Counted from the stretch's first letter, positions 26,827 through 35,375 are shown. The stretch: DNA of 64,000 bases from Bacteroidota bacterium (GCA_023453665.1 JAEXTA010000089.1:64846-128845); one strand, 5' to 3'. Notes: generated from the sequence alone by a model not told the origin. Made by a program: numbers and translations.

Positions 26827-28941
26827 TTATTTTATTAAAATCATTTTTTTAGTTTCAACAAGATTATTTATTTGAAGCTGATAGAAATAAATCCCGCTGG
26901 ATAATCCAGCGGCATTCCATTCAACTTCATAAGTACCGGCAGATTTTTCTGCGTTAACGAGAATGGCAATTTCATTACCCAAAACATCATATACTTTTAA
27001 TGTTGTTTGTAGAGACGAGGTTTGCCTCTTCTCTAATTCAGGAATTGTATATTTGATCTTTGTAGTTGGATTAAAAGGGTTCGGATAATTTTGTAAAAGC
27101 AAAAATTCTGTTGGGGTTTTATTGATTTCATTTTCTGCAAAAGTAGCCCCGCCATTTGTAGTTCTGATAATTGTTCCGTATTCACCAACTGCTGTTCCGT
27201 TATTTTCATCAGTAAAAGAAACATCGTATAAGGTATTTCTTGTTCCGCTGAATTGTGAGATCCAGGTAGTTCCTCCATCTGTAGTTTTCAGAATAACACC
27301 TGATACACCTGCTGCAATTCCAATTTCAGAATTAATAAAAACAACGCTTGTTATATCGCTTGTAGTTCCACTTGATTGCAGAGTCCATTCTTCACCCCCA
27401 TTTGTAGTTTTTAGAATTGTTCCCTGATGCCCTACAATTATTCCATTGTTTAAGTCTGTAAAAAAAACTCCGTTAAGATTTCGAAAAGTTGAACTTGTTT
27501 GAGGCATCCAGTCAACTCCACCATTTGTAGTTTTTAAAATTCTACCATTGCCGCCAACAGCAGTTCCGTTAACATTATCAATAAAATGAACATCATAAAA
27601 ATTTTCTGATACCCCGCTTGATTGCGGAGACCATAATGTTCCTCCATTTGTCGTTCTTAATATTATTCCTTCATTTCCAACTATAGTCCCGTTATCCGGA
27701 TCAGTAAAATAAATTTCATTTAATTGTTTTGTTGTTCCGCTTACCTGTGTAGTCCAAGATGAGCCACTATTTGTTGTTCTAAGTATTTTTCCATTTGCTC
27801 CTGCAATTGTTCCATGAGTTGCATCCGCAAAGAAAACATCATATAGATAATTGGATGTTCCGCTTGATTGCGATGACCAAAGAGCGCCGCCGTTTGTAGT
27901 ACGTAATAATAAGCCTTCTTCCCCTACAGCTACTCCATTATCATTAGTTGGAAAGTAAACACTAAATATCCACCTTGATGTTCCTTGTGATTGTGATGTC
28001 CATTGAACACCACCATTTGTGGTCCTTAGTATTTTTCCATATTCACCAACAGCAGTTCCATTATTTAAGTCAGAAAAGTTGACACTGAATAATGATAAAT
28101 CAGTTCCGCTTGATTGAGGAGACCAATTAGCCCCGCCATTTGTTGTTCTTATGATAGAGCCAAAAAGACTAACAGCCGTTCCATTGTTTGCATCTCTGAA
28201 ATAAACACTCTTCAGCCAGTTTGAAGTTCCACTGGAAACCGGATTCCAATTAACTCCTCCGTTTGTTGTTCTCATTATTGTTCCGGAAGTACCAACGACT
28301 ATTCCGTTATTAGCATCTGTAAAAAATATAGCGTCAAACCCTGCCTGAATTCCCGATAGCTGCGGAAACCAATCAGTCCCTCCATTTGTAGTTCTGAGTA
28401 TTGTTCCGAAGCAAACTGCAGCTCCGTTATTGGCATCAATAAAATGAACACCATATATAGAATTTGTTGTTCCGCTTGATTGGGGCAACCAGTTATTACC
28501 ACCATCTGTAGTTTTAAGAATTGTACCATTTTCACCGACAATAATTCCGAGATTTGTGTTGATAAAAAAGATGTTTCTTAACGAACGTGTAGTTTGACTT
28601 TCCCGGGGAAACCAGGTATCACCACCATTTGTAGTTTTGATTATTAACCCACCTGAGCCAACAACTGTTCCATTATTTTCATCAGTAAAAAAAACAGCAT
28701 TTAAAGCATTGGTTGTTCCACTTGATTGAAAATTCCAATCGATGCCGCCATTTGTTGTTTTCAAAATTGTTCCGGCGTGACCGACAGTCCAGCCGACTGA
28801 AGACGAAATAAACTTAGCTCCAAATAGTGAATTGCCTTGCGGTAAGGGATTCTGCCAGAACCATCCGGCAGAGGCTGTAGATTGTGCTTTCAGAATATTA
28901 ATGCACATTATTAAAACCACAACAACGGAAAGCTTTTTCAT
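26827..28941 (-). CDS. T9SS-sorted Ycf48/BNR-like double beta-propeller protein
   Basis: Signal peptide. Fourteen ~40-aa repeats of the form G.IL(K/R)TTNGG..W..Q.SGT...L..V.F.D.N.G. C-terminal NYPNPFNPTTKIKY...KKMILIK. Confidence 0.85.
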   Translation of the reverse strand: MKKLSVVVVLIMCINILKAQSTASAGWFWQNPLPQGNSLFGAKFISSSVGWTVGHAGTILKTTNGGIDWNFQSSGTTNALNAVFFTDENNGTVVGSGGLIIKTTNGGDTWFPRESQTTRSLRNIFFINTNLGIIVGENGTILKTTDGGNNWLPQSSGTTNSIYGVHFIDANNGAAVCFGTILRTTNGGTDWFPQLSGIQAGFDAIFFTDANNGIVVGTSGTIMRTTNGGVNWNPVSSGTSNWLKSVYFRDANNGTAVSLFGSIIRTTNGGANWSPQSSGTDLSLFSVNFSDLNNGTAVGEYGKILRTTNGGVQWTSQSQGTSRWIFSVYFPTNDNGVAVGEEGLLLRTTNGGALWSSQSSGTSNYLYDVFFADATHGTIAGANGKILRTTNSGSSWTTQVSGTTKQLNEIYFTDPDNGTIVGNEGIILRTTNGGTLWSPQSSGVSENFYDVHFIDNVNGTAVGGNGRILKTTNGGVDWMPQTSSTFRNLNGVFFTDLNNGIIVGHQGTILKTTNGGEEWTLQSSGTTSDITSVVFINSEIGIAAGVSGVILKTTDGGTTWISQFSGTRNTLYDVSFTDENNGTAVGEYGTIIRTTNGGATFAENEINKTPTEFLLLQNYPNPFNPTTKIKYTIPELEKRQTSSLQTTLKVYDVLGNEIAILVNAEKSAGTYEVEWNAAGLSSGIYFYQLQINNLVETKKMILIK
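27009..27036. repeat. Degenerate GTAGAGAC-family palindrome inside the CTD coding sequence
   Basis: GTAGAGACGAGGTTTGCCTCTTCTCTAA, with arms AGAGACGAGG / CCTCTTCTCT pairing except for one mismatch. It encodes LEKRQTSSL at the same loop position. Confidence 0.6.
27123..28821 (-). repeat. Fourteen tandem ~120-nt coding repeats (propeller blades)
   Basis: The TTNGG motif recurs 12 times exactly, plus 2 variants (TTDGG, TTNSG), at ~40-aa spacing in the translation of 26827..28941. Confidence 0.8.
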
Positions 28942-29078
28942 ATTTTGCCTTTTGTCTAATGTAAATGAAAAATGTTTTTAAAGTGTCTTACACTATTTCA
29001 TGCGTAAAAAATGAAAATCGGGCTCAAATAAGATTGGTTAAGTTTTGAAAGGATTGAATTAGCTGTTTATAAAATTTG

Positions 29079-29645
29079 CTATACACCTAATTCTCTGAAC
29101 AGCCATGCTTTTGCCAGGCTCCACTCTCTTTTTACTGTAGCTGCGGAACACTCAAGTACATTAGCAGTTTCTTCAACACTAAGTCCGGCAAAAAACCTAA
29201 GCTCAACTACCTTACTAAGTCTTGGGTCAAATGATTCAAGTTTTTGAAGAGCATCTTCCAGGGCAATAATATCTTCGTCTGATTCGATTGCCATTTCCAT
29301 TGCTTGTTCAAGCGCTAGTATTGTTTTTCCTTCGCCTCTTTTTAGAGAATTACGTTTACGAGCATGGTCAACTAATATCTGCCTCATTGAATTTGCAGCA
29401 ATACCGAAAAAGTGTGAGCGGTTTTGCCAGGAAAGGTTTTGATCCCCCACAAGTTTTAAATATGCTTCGTGTACAAGTTCGGTTGTCTGCAGAGTATGAT
29501 TTCGGTATTCATCTCTCAGATACTTTGATGAAATTTTTCTAAGCTCATTGAATATGTATGGAAGAAGTTCATCTACAGCTTCTTTTTTTCCATTGCTGTA
29601 TGCTCCAAGAAGGAGCGTAATATTCTGTTGAGATTTGTCCGGCAT
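29079..29645 (-). CDS. ECF-type sigma factor (PF07638 / TIGR02999-like, kinase-associated class)
   Basis: Characteristic N-terminus (LL.....G...A.DELLP.I..ELRKISSKYLRDEYRNHTLQTTELVHEAYLKL) and region 4 HTH (LRFFAGLSVEETANVLECSAATVKREW..AKAWL.REL). Confidence 0.9.
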   Translation of the reverse strand: MPDKSQQNITLLLGAYSNGKKEAVDELLPYIFNELRKISSKYLRDEYRNHTLQTTELVHEAYLKLVGDQNLSWQNRSHFFGIAANSMRQILVDHARKRNSLKRGEGKTILALEQAMEMAIESDEDIIALEDALQKLESFDPRLSKVVELRFFAGLSVEETANVLECSAATVKREWSLAKAWLFRELGV

Positions 29646-29764
29646 TATTAATTCAGAATGTTTAGGGATATTGAATTCGGGACTTAAAATAGAGGATTAT
29701 CTAAGGGATGTCAAATGAAAGATATTATTTAAGAATAATTTCAACGTAACTATTCAGAGAGATA

Positions 29765-29795
29765 AAAACGGGATAAGAATCTTTTATCCCGTTTT
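29765..29795 (-). terminator. Rho-independent terminator after the 29819..31447 gene
   Basis: 12-bp stem AAAACGGGATAA / TTATCCCGTTTT with a 7-nt loop and T-rich flanks, 24 nt downstream of the minus-strand stop. It separates the two sigma/kinase modules. Confidence 0.7.
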
Positions 29796-29818
29796 AATAA
29801 TTAATTAATGTTAAATGA

Positions 29819-31447
29819 TTATTTAACTAATATCATTTTTTTGGTTTCTATAAATGAGCCGGTTTGTAATTTGTAAAAATAAATCCCGCTTGATAAGCTT
29901 TCAGCATTAAATTCAACTTCATAATTTCCTGCTGCCAGATATTCATTTATAAGAGTTGCAACTTCATTTCCCAGTGCATCAAAAACTTTTAATGTTTGGT
30001 AACTGCCGACAGGTGATTTCCAACTCATTTTTGTACTTGGATTGAATGGATTCGGATAATTCTGTTCTAAAGTAAATGATGAAATAGAATTTCCTTCATC
30101 ATCAACAGATGTTGGTGTTTGAACATATTTAATTATTACTATGTCATATCCGGTTGTTGAATTATTATCACTGGTGTTTCCAACGGCAACCACATTTTTA
30201 TCCTGATCAACACCAATAGCCACAGGATTATCAGAACTGTTATTTGTTCCCCCGTTAAACATCTTTGCCCACTCAAACGAACCACTCGTATTATATTTAA
30301 CAGTTACAATGTTTGAATTGCCATAAACCTGCCCGATTACATATACACTTGCTTCATTATCAATAGCGAGATTATATCCTGTATAACCGTCTGCGCCAAT
30401 GCCGGTACCATCATACGGACCTACCCAAAGTTCATCTCCGGCAGGGCTGTATTTGATGGTGGTTATCTTATAAGTAAATGGTAACCCTGATGTACCTGTT
30501 GAACCAGTTATATAAACATTTCCAAGATTATCTTTGACGATAGCACGGGCCATGTCCCATCCAGTCGGTGAGTTATATAGCTTACTCCACATAACAGATC
30601 CGGTTGGATCAAACTTAACAGTTGAATAATCAATAGTTGTGCTATTTGTTCCTGTTATTATAATGTTGCTGTTGTTATCAATAACCATGTCAATAACATT
30701 CTGATTCCCGATACCCTGACCATATCTTGCGGCCCAGACAAAATCCAGATTTTGTTCATACTTCAAAACAACAAATGAAAGCGAATCATTGTCATTTACA
30801 TATCCACCGACAATAATTTTACCCGCACCATCGAGTCCGATTTTTCTTCCGCCTTCACTGTTAGAGTGATAGAAAGTCTGATTTAACAGAGCGCCTTCGG
30901 GACTGAATTTTACAAGGGAGATATTATTATAAGTGATTACATTGGTCGCGTACTCCCCAACGACATAAACATTCCCGGTTAAGTCTGTAACAATATCATA
31001 TCCGCCATTGTATGCGCCACTGTATTCGAAAACATATGACCAGAGTTGTGTTCCGTTAGGACTGTATTTAATAACCAGCATATCATTACCACCACCGGAA
31101 TAAATAGCAGTTTCCCCTGTTACATAAACATTACCGGAAGCATCAACATGAATTGCTCTCGTAAAAGCGCCGTTGTTATTAACAGCAACATAATTTTGTA
31201 TCCACTGTTGCTCTCCCTGCGAATTGTACTTAACAGTTACAGATTGTATATCGACATTTGCATTTGTCTGTCTTTGTGAGCCGGTAACATATACATTACC
31301 TTCAGCGTCAACATACATATCATTTACGTTTTCGTTCCTGGTGCTATCAGAAGTAAATCTCTGCACCCATTGTTCCATTACTTGCGCTGTCGCTAATTGA
31401 AATAAACATAACACAGCCCAAAAGGTAAATAAAGTTTTCATATTCAT
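29819..31447 (-). CDS. T9SS-sorted SBBP-repeat beta-propeller protein
   Basis: Signal peptide. Repeated D..GNVYVTG motifs. C-terminal NYPNPFNPSTKMSW...KKMILVK. Paralogous in architecture to 20047..21696. Confidence 0.8.
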   Translation of the reverse strand: MNMKTLFTFWAVLCLFQLATAQVMEQWVQRFTSDSTRNENVNDMYVDAEGNVYVTGSQRQTNANVDIQSVTVKYNSQGEQQWIQNYVAVNNNGAFTRAIHVDASGNVYVTGETAIYSGGGNDMLVIKYSPNGTQLWSYVFEYSGAYNGGYDIVTDLTGNVYVVGEYATNVITYNNISLVKFSPEGALLNQTFYHSNSEGGRKIGLDGAGKIIVGGYVNDNDSLSFVVLKYEQNLDFVWAARYGQGIGNQNVIDMVIDNNSNIIITGTNSTTIDYSTVKFDPTGSVMWSKLYNSPTGWDMARAIVKDNLGNVYITGSTGTSGLPFTYKITTIKYSPAGDELWVGPYDGTGIGADGYTGYNLAIDNEASVYVIGQVYGNSNIVTVKYNTSGSFEWAKMFNGGTNNSSDNPVAIGVDQDKNVVAVGNTSDNNSTTGYDIVIIKYVQTPTSVDDEGNSISSFTLEQNYPNPFNPSTKMSWKSPVGSYQTLKVFDALGNEVATLINEYLAAGNYEVEFNAESLSSGIYFYKLQTGSFIETKKMILVK

Positions 31448-31543
31448 TTCCTTTAATAAGTTTTTAATTAATCAGATCCCCGGATTCAGGATCACATGCG
31501 TAATACTGTGCTCATTTGGCTCATGTATGAACCGGGATTTATT

Positions 31544-34129
31544 TCAGGAAGGATTCGTGATGTGGTTTAATTTTTCTGCTTTTTCTTTTTGATATGTTGA
31601 CTCATAAACTTTAATAAGAAATTCTCTGAACCGAACAGCACTTATATTGTCTGCCCCTCTTTGTTTTACAACCTGCTCATAACCATATAACAATAATTTT
31701 TCTGCTTCGGAATATCTTTTAAGATAGTAGGATGCGATACCTAATTCACCAGAAGCCGTTATTATATTCGGATGGTCTTCGGGATAATTTTTTGATTGAA
31801 TTACCAAAGCATTGCGTAAATATTTTTCTGCGGATACATATTCTTTTTTCTCGAGCAGAACTTTTCCATACCAGTAATTAGTCATTCCCACCCAGATATG
31901 ATCCGGATTAAGTGATGTTTTGAAATTCTCCAGCGCTTTTGAAACATGCTCATAAGATTCTTCAAACTTTCCAGCACGAAACAGAAATCCGCCTAAATTC
32001 ATATAGGCAAGCCCGACCAGTGAATGTTTATCGCCATAGTGATTTATTTTTAATTCAAGTGATTTTTTAAAATACCACTCCGCTTTTTCATTATCGTTTT
32101 TATCAATATAAATGTATCCAAGGTTATTATAATTTGATGAGGCTTCGGGACTGTTTTCACCGAAAAGTTCAATATTCATTTTGAGCGAACGTAAGAAATA
32201 TTTTTCCGCTTGGTCAATTTCTTTTAACTCGTGTAATGTAATTGCAAGATTATTAACAGTGCTTGCAACATCCCTGTCTTTCTCACCAAAATTTTTTTCA
32301 AAAATTTCTAATGCATCCTGGTGATATTTTTTTGCGGTTTCGTATTCTGCATAATCATTTTTAAGAATTCCATAATCATTTAATGCGCTTGCAAGATCTC
32401 TGGGAGGTGCGTCTTTATTCTTTCTAAATATCGAAATACTTTTTTGATAAAGTGAGTCGGCTGTTTTAAGATCAGCAATCCAGTGATAGTAAAATGCAAT
32501 ATCATAAATACTTGCCGCTGCCTGATTGCTTTCATCACCATAAACTTTTTTATTCAGTTGTAAGGCTCTGTCAAGATGCGGTTTCGCCTGATCAAACTCT
32601 CCTAAATTAGTAAGTGTTCTGCCTATTGTTTTTCTGATCGCGGCTTCAATTTCCGGCTGACCTTCAAATCTTTTTCCAACATCATCTGCTGCTTTTTTCA
32701 GAACGTCATATACTTTTACATCTTTTCCTATTTCAGTCGGATCAACAGATGAAAGCATATCCTGTAAAAATTTATTTACAGTTTCAACTTTGATTGCTTC
32801 CGTCCGTGCTTTGTCTCTTTCCATTGCGGCTATATTTGCCTGCCATATGATTGCAATAAGACTGACAATCATAAACAATAAGAATGTTGCGGAAACAACC
32901 ACGCCCTTTTTGTGTCTTTGAACAAATTTTGAAATCCTGTAACCGGCAGTATCTTTTTGTGCAATAACCGGTAAGCCCACAAGGTGTCTTCTGATATCTT
33001 CGGAAAACTGTTCAACAGAAACATATCTTCTTGCAGGATCTTTGTGCATCGCTTTAAGAACTATGTTATCAAGATCTCCCCTGAGTTTATGAAAAAGTTT
33101 TTGACGTTTATCCTCTTGTTTGTTTTCATTATCCGATGCTGATTGGTTATTGCTATCACTTTCAGCAAGTTTTGAAATTGTTTTTCGAAATCGATCACTG
33201 GGTTTAATTATGTTTTCTTCTGTAATTATTTTGCTTATTGCGGATGGCGAGTTGTTTGTGATTTTGTACGGCTGTTCTTCCGTAAGAATCTGGTACAGCA
33301 TTACACCGAGTGAATAGATATCGCTTGTAGTTGTTATCTGCTCGCCTTTGATTTGTTCAGGACTTGCATACTCCGGTGTAAGGTGCCACATACCCGTACG
33401 CGTAAGTCCTTCTTCATTTTCCAGGATGTTTTCATCAAGCAGTTTGGCAATTCCAAAATCTAAAAGCTTGGGGTGACCGTCATTTGTGACTAAAATATTT
33501 CCTGGTTTAATATCCCTGTGGACGACAAGATTCTGATGCGCATATTGAACAGCGCTGCAAACATCTCTGAATAATTTTAATTTCTGATTAATGTTCAAAT
33601 TATTCTGGACGCAGTATTCAGTAATAGGAATGCCGTCTATAAATTCCATTACAAGATAAGGAAGTCCTTCATCGGTCTGTCCACCGTCAAGCAGTTTAGC
33701 TATGAAAGGATACTGAAGACTTGCAAGTGTTTGTCTCTCAATTAAAAATCTTTTAAGGTGATAATCAGAATTCAGACCATGTTTTAAAATCTTTATTGCA
33801 ACTTTTTGTTTGAAGTTTTTATCATTTCTTTGTCCTGAATACACAATACCCATTCCACCGTAACCGGCTTTGCCTTCAATTATAAAGCTTCCTATCTGTT
33901 TGCCAATGTAAGGGTCTGTTATAGAATTTCTTTTTTCATTAATGCCCGAAACCTGCTGTTCAATAAAGTCTTCCGTATTTTCGAGTGAATTGATAAGCGA
34001 GATGATTTCTTTTTTTAATTCTGAATCATTCCCGCATTTTAAATCTAGAAAACTTTCTCGCTCACTCTGCGGAAGCAGCAATGTTTCGTCAAACAATTGG
34101 CGGATTAGTAATAATCGTTCTTTATTCAA
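31544..34129 (-). CDS. Membrane Ser/Thr protein kinase with C-terminal TPR domain
   Basis: Hanks motifs (AIKILK, HRDIKPGNIL, DFGIAK, TPEYASPEQ). Single TM (VVVSATFLLFMIVSLIAIIW) followed by a TPR region. TTG start 15 nt after the sigma-factor stop. Confidence 0.9.
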   Translation of the reverse strand: MNKERLLLIRQLFDETLLLPQSERESFLDLKCGNDSELKKEIISLINSLENTEDFIEQQVSGINEKRNSITDPYIGKQIGSFIIEGKAGYGGMGIVYSGQRNDKNFKQKVAIKILKHGLNSDYHLKRFLIERQTLASLQYPFIAKLLDGGQTDEGLPYLVMEFIDGIPITEYCVQNNLNINQKLKLFRDVCSAVQYAHQNLVVHRDIKPGNILVTNDGHPKLLDFGIAKLLDENILENEEGLTRTGMWHLTPEYASPEQIKGEQITTTSDIYSLGVMLYQILTEEQPYKITNNSPSAISKIITEENIIKPSDRFRKTISKLAESDSNNQSASDNENKQEDKRQKLFHKLRGDLDNIVLKAMHKDPARRYVSVEQFSEDIRRHLVGLPVIAQKDTAGYRISKFVQRHKKGVVVSATFLLFMIVSLIAIIWQANIAAMERDKARTEAIKVETVNKFLQDMLSSVDPTEIGKDVKVYDVLKKAADDVGKRFEGQPEIEAAIRKTIGRTLTNLGEFDQAKPHLDRALQLNKKVYGDESNQAAASIYDIAFYYHWIADLKTADSLYQKSISIFRKNKDAPPRDLASALNDYGILKNDYAEYETAKKYHQDALEIFEKNFGEKDRDVASTVNNLAITLHELKEIDQAEKYFLRSLKMNIELFGENSPEASSNYNNLGYIYIDKNDNEKAEWYFKKSLELKINHYGDKHSLVGLAYMNLGGFLFRAGKFEESYEHVSKALENFKTSLNPDHIWVGMTNYWYGKVLLEKKEYVSAEKYLRNALVIQSKNYPEDHPNIITASGELGIASYYLKRYSEAEKLLLYGYEQVVKQRGADNISAVRFREFLIKVYESTYQKEKAEKLNHITNPS

Positions 34130-34144
34130 TTGATAATAGAGGTT

Positions 34145-34786
34145 TTAGTTAGATTGTATTTCGCGGTAGAGCCATGCTTTGGCAAAGTTCCAGTCACGCT
34201 TAGCTGTTGCGGGTGAAATATTCAGAACTTCCGCGGCTTCTTCGATTGTTAAACCGGAGAAATATCTCAGCTCAATAATTTTACAGGAACGTTCTTCAAC
34301 CTGTTCAAGTTTTTTCATCGCGTCATCAAGCGCCAGTAGTTGTTCATCGCTTTTATCAGATAAATTAAACACATCATCAAGAGAGAGATTTTCTTTTCCC
34401 TCGCCTCTTTTAAGTGATTTTCTTTTGCGTGCATGATCAACAAGAATATTTCTCATAGAATTTGCTGCTATACCAAAAAAGTGAGCGCGGCTTTGCCATG
34501 CGATATTCTGATCACCAACTAATTTGATATAAGCTTCGTGAACCAATTCAGTAGTCTGAAGTGTATGATTTCTGTATTCATCACGTAAATACTTTGAAGA
34601 GATTTTTTTTAATTCGCTGTAAACATGAGGAAGTAGTTCGTCCACCGCCCCTTTTCTTCCCTTAACACAATCCTCCAGGAGTATTGTAATATTTTGAGGT
34701 GTTAATTCAGACAAGATATTTTTTAGCTTTCTTATTAGATACTTTGATGCTGAAAGTAAATTAGTCTTTTGATTGTTGTTTGTCAA
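34145..34786 (-). CDS. ECF-type sigma factor (PF07638 / TIGR02999-like)
   Basis: Close paralogue of 29079..29645 (AVDELLPHVYSELKKISSKYLRDEYRNHTLQTTELVHEAYIKL; LRYFSGLTIEEAAEVLNISPATAKRDW). TTG start. The true start is uncertain because of a ~25-aa N-terminal extension relative to the paralogue. Confidence 0.85.
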   Translation of the reverse strand: MTNNNQKTNLLSASKYLIRKLKNILSELTPQNITILLEDCVKGRKGAVDELLPHVYSELKKISSKYLRDEYRNHTLQTTELVHEAYIKLVGDQNIAWQSRAHFFGIAANSMRNILVDHARKRKSLKRGEGKENLSLDDVFNLSDKSDEQLLALDDAMKKLEQVEERSCKIIELRYFSGLTIEEAAEVLNISPATAKRDWNFAKAWLYREIQSN

Positions 34787-35036
34787 TAATCACCCGGGCG
34801 CAAATATGTTTGTGGAATTCTGCCCGCCGGAATAATTAAAACTTTTAACAGCAGACATAATTGAATTTGAATTTTATTGTTGCAATATTTTATACACACA
34901 TATCTTTCATCCGTATAACAATGGTTAATTCTGTTTGCAGAATATAACCTAGTTAAAGGATTGCCTTATCAGACAATGTTAAATGGGGATGTTTCTGAAT
35001 CATTCAATTCTTTTAATATAATCTTTGGAGGAAACT

Positions 35037-35309
35037 ATGCTGCTTCACAAAAGAGCATTCGGACTTGCAACGGGTCTTCTTGCGGGTTTATCAATCCTGT
35101 TAGGTACGTGGGCATTATTACTTCAAATAACTCCTGAGAATGTTGAATCCAGAATTTCATGGATACTTCTGGGTTATAACTACACCTGGGGCGGAGCTGT
35201 GTATGGATTTTTATGGTTGTTTGTTTTGGGATTTATTGCCGGTGTTATTTTTGCGTGGATATATAATACGTTCAGCAGAATAATTTACAAATCGAAAAGT
35301 AATAATTAG
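35037..35309 (+). CDS. Small membrane protein (hypothetical)
   Basis: ATG at 35037 lies 4 nt after GGAGGA. Two to three hydrophobic helices. No recognisable family. Confidence 0.55.
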   Translation: MLLHKRAFGLATGLLAGLSILLGTWALLLQITPENVESRISWILLGYNYTWGGAVYGFLWLFVLGFIAGVIFAWIYNTFSRIIYKSKSNN

Positions 35310-35348
35310 TTCTCACCCGAATGAATAATAGAGGGTATCAATAATCTT

Positions 35349-35375
35349 GTAGAGACGGGACAGTTCCGTCTCTAC
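35349..35375. repeat. Intergenic GTAGAGAC-family palindrome (probable bidirectional terminator)
   Basis: GTAGAGACGG-GACAGTT-CCGTCTCTAC is a perfect 10-bp stem with a 7-nt loop between convergent genes. The right arm contains the stop codon (35372-35374) of the minus-strand metallopeptidase gene. Confidence 0.85.

Noticed and set aside
27123-28821. Regular ~120-nt periodic repeats that could superficially suggest a CRISPR-like or satellite array.
   Set aside because: The repeats are contiguous with no unique spacers. They lie inside one long ORF and translate into 14 propeller blades (TTNGG..W motif), so this is a coding repeat.
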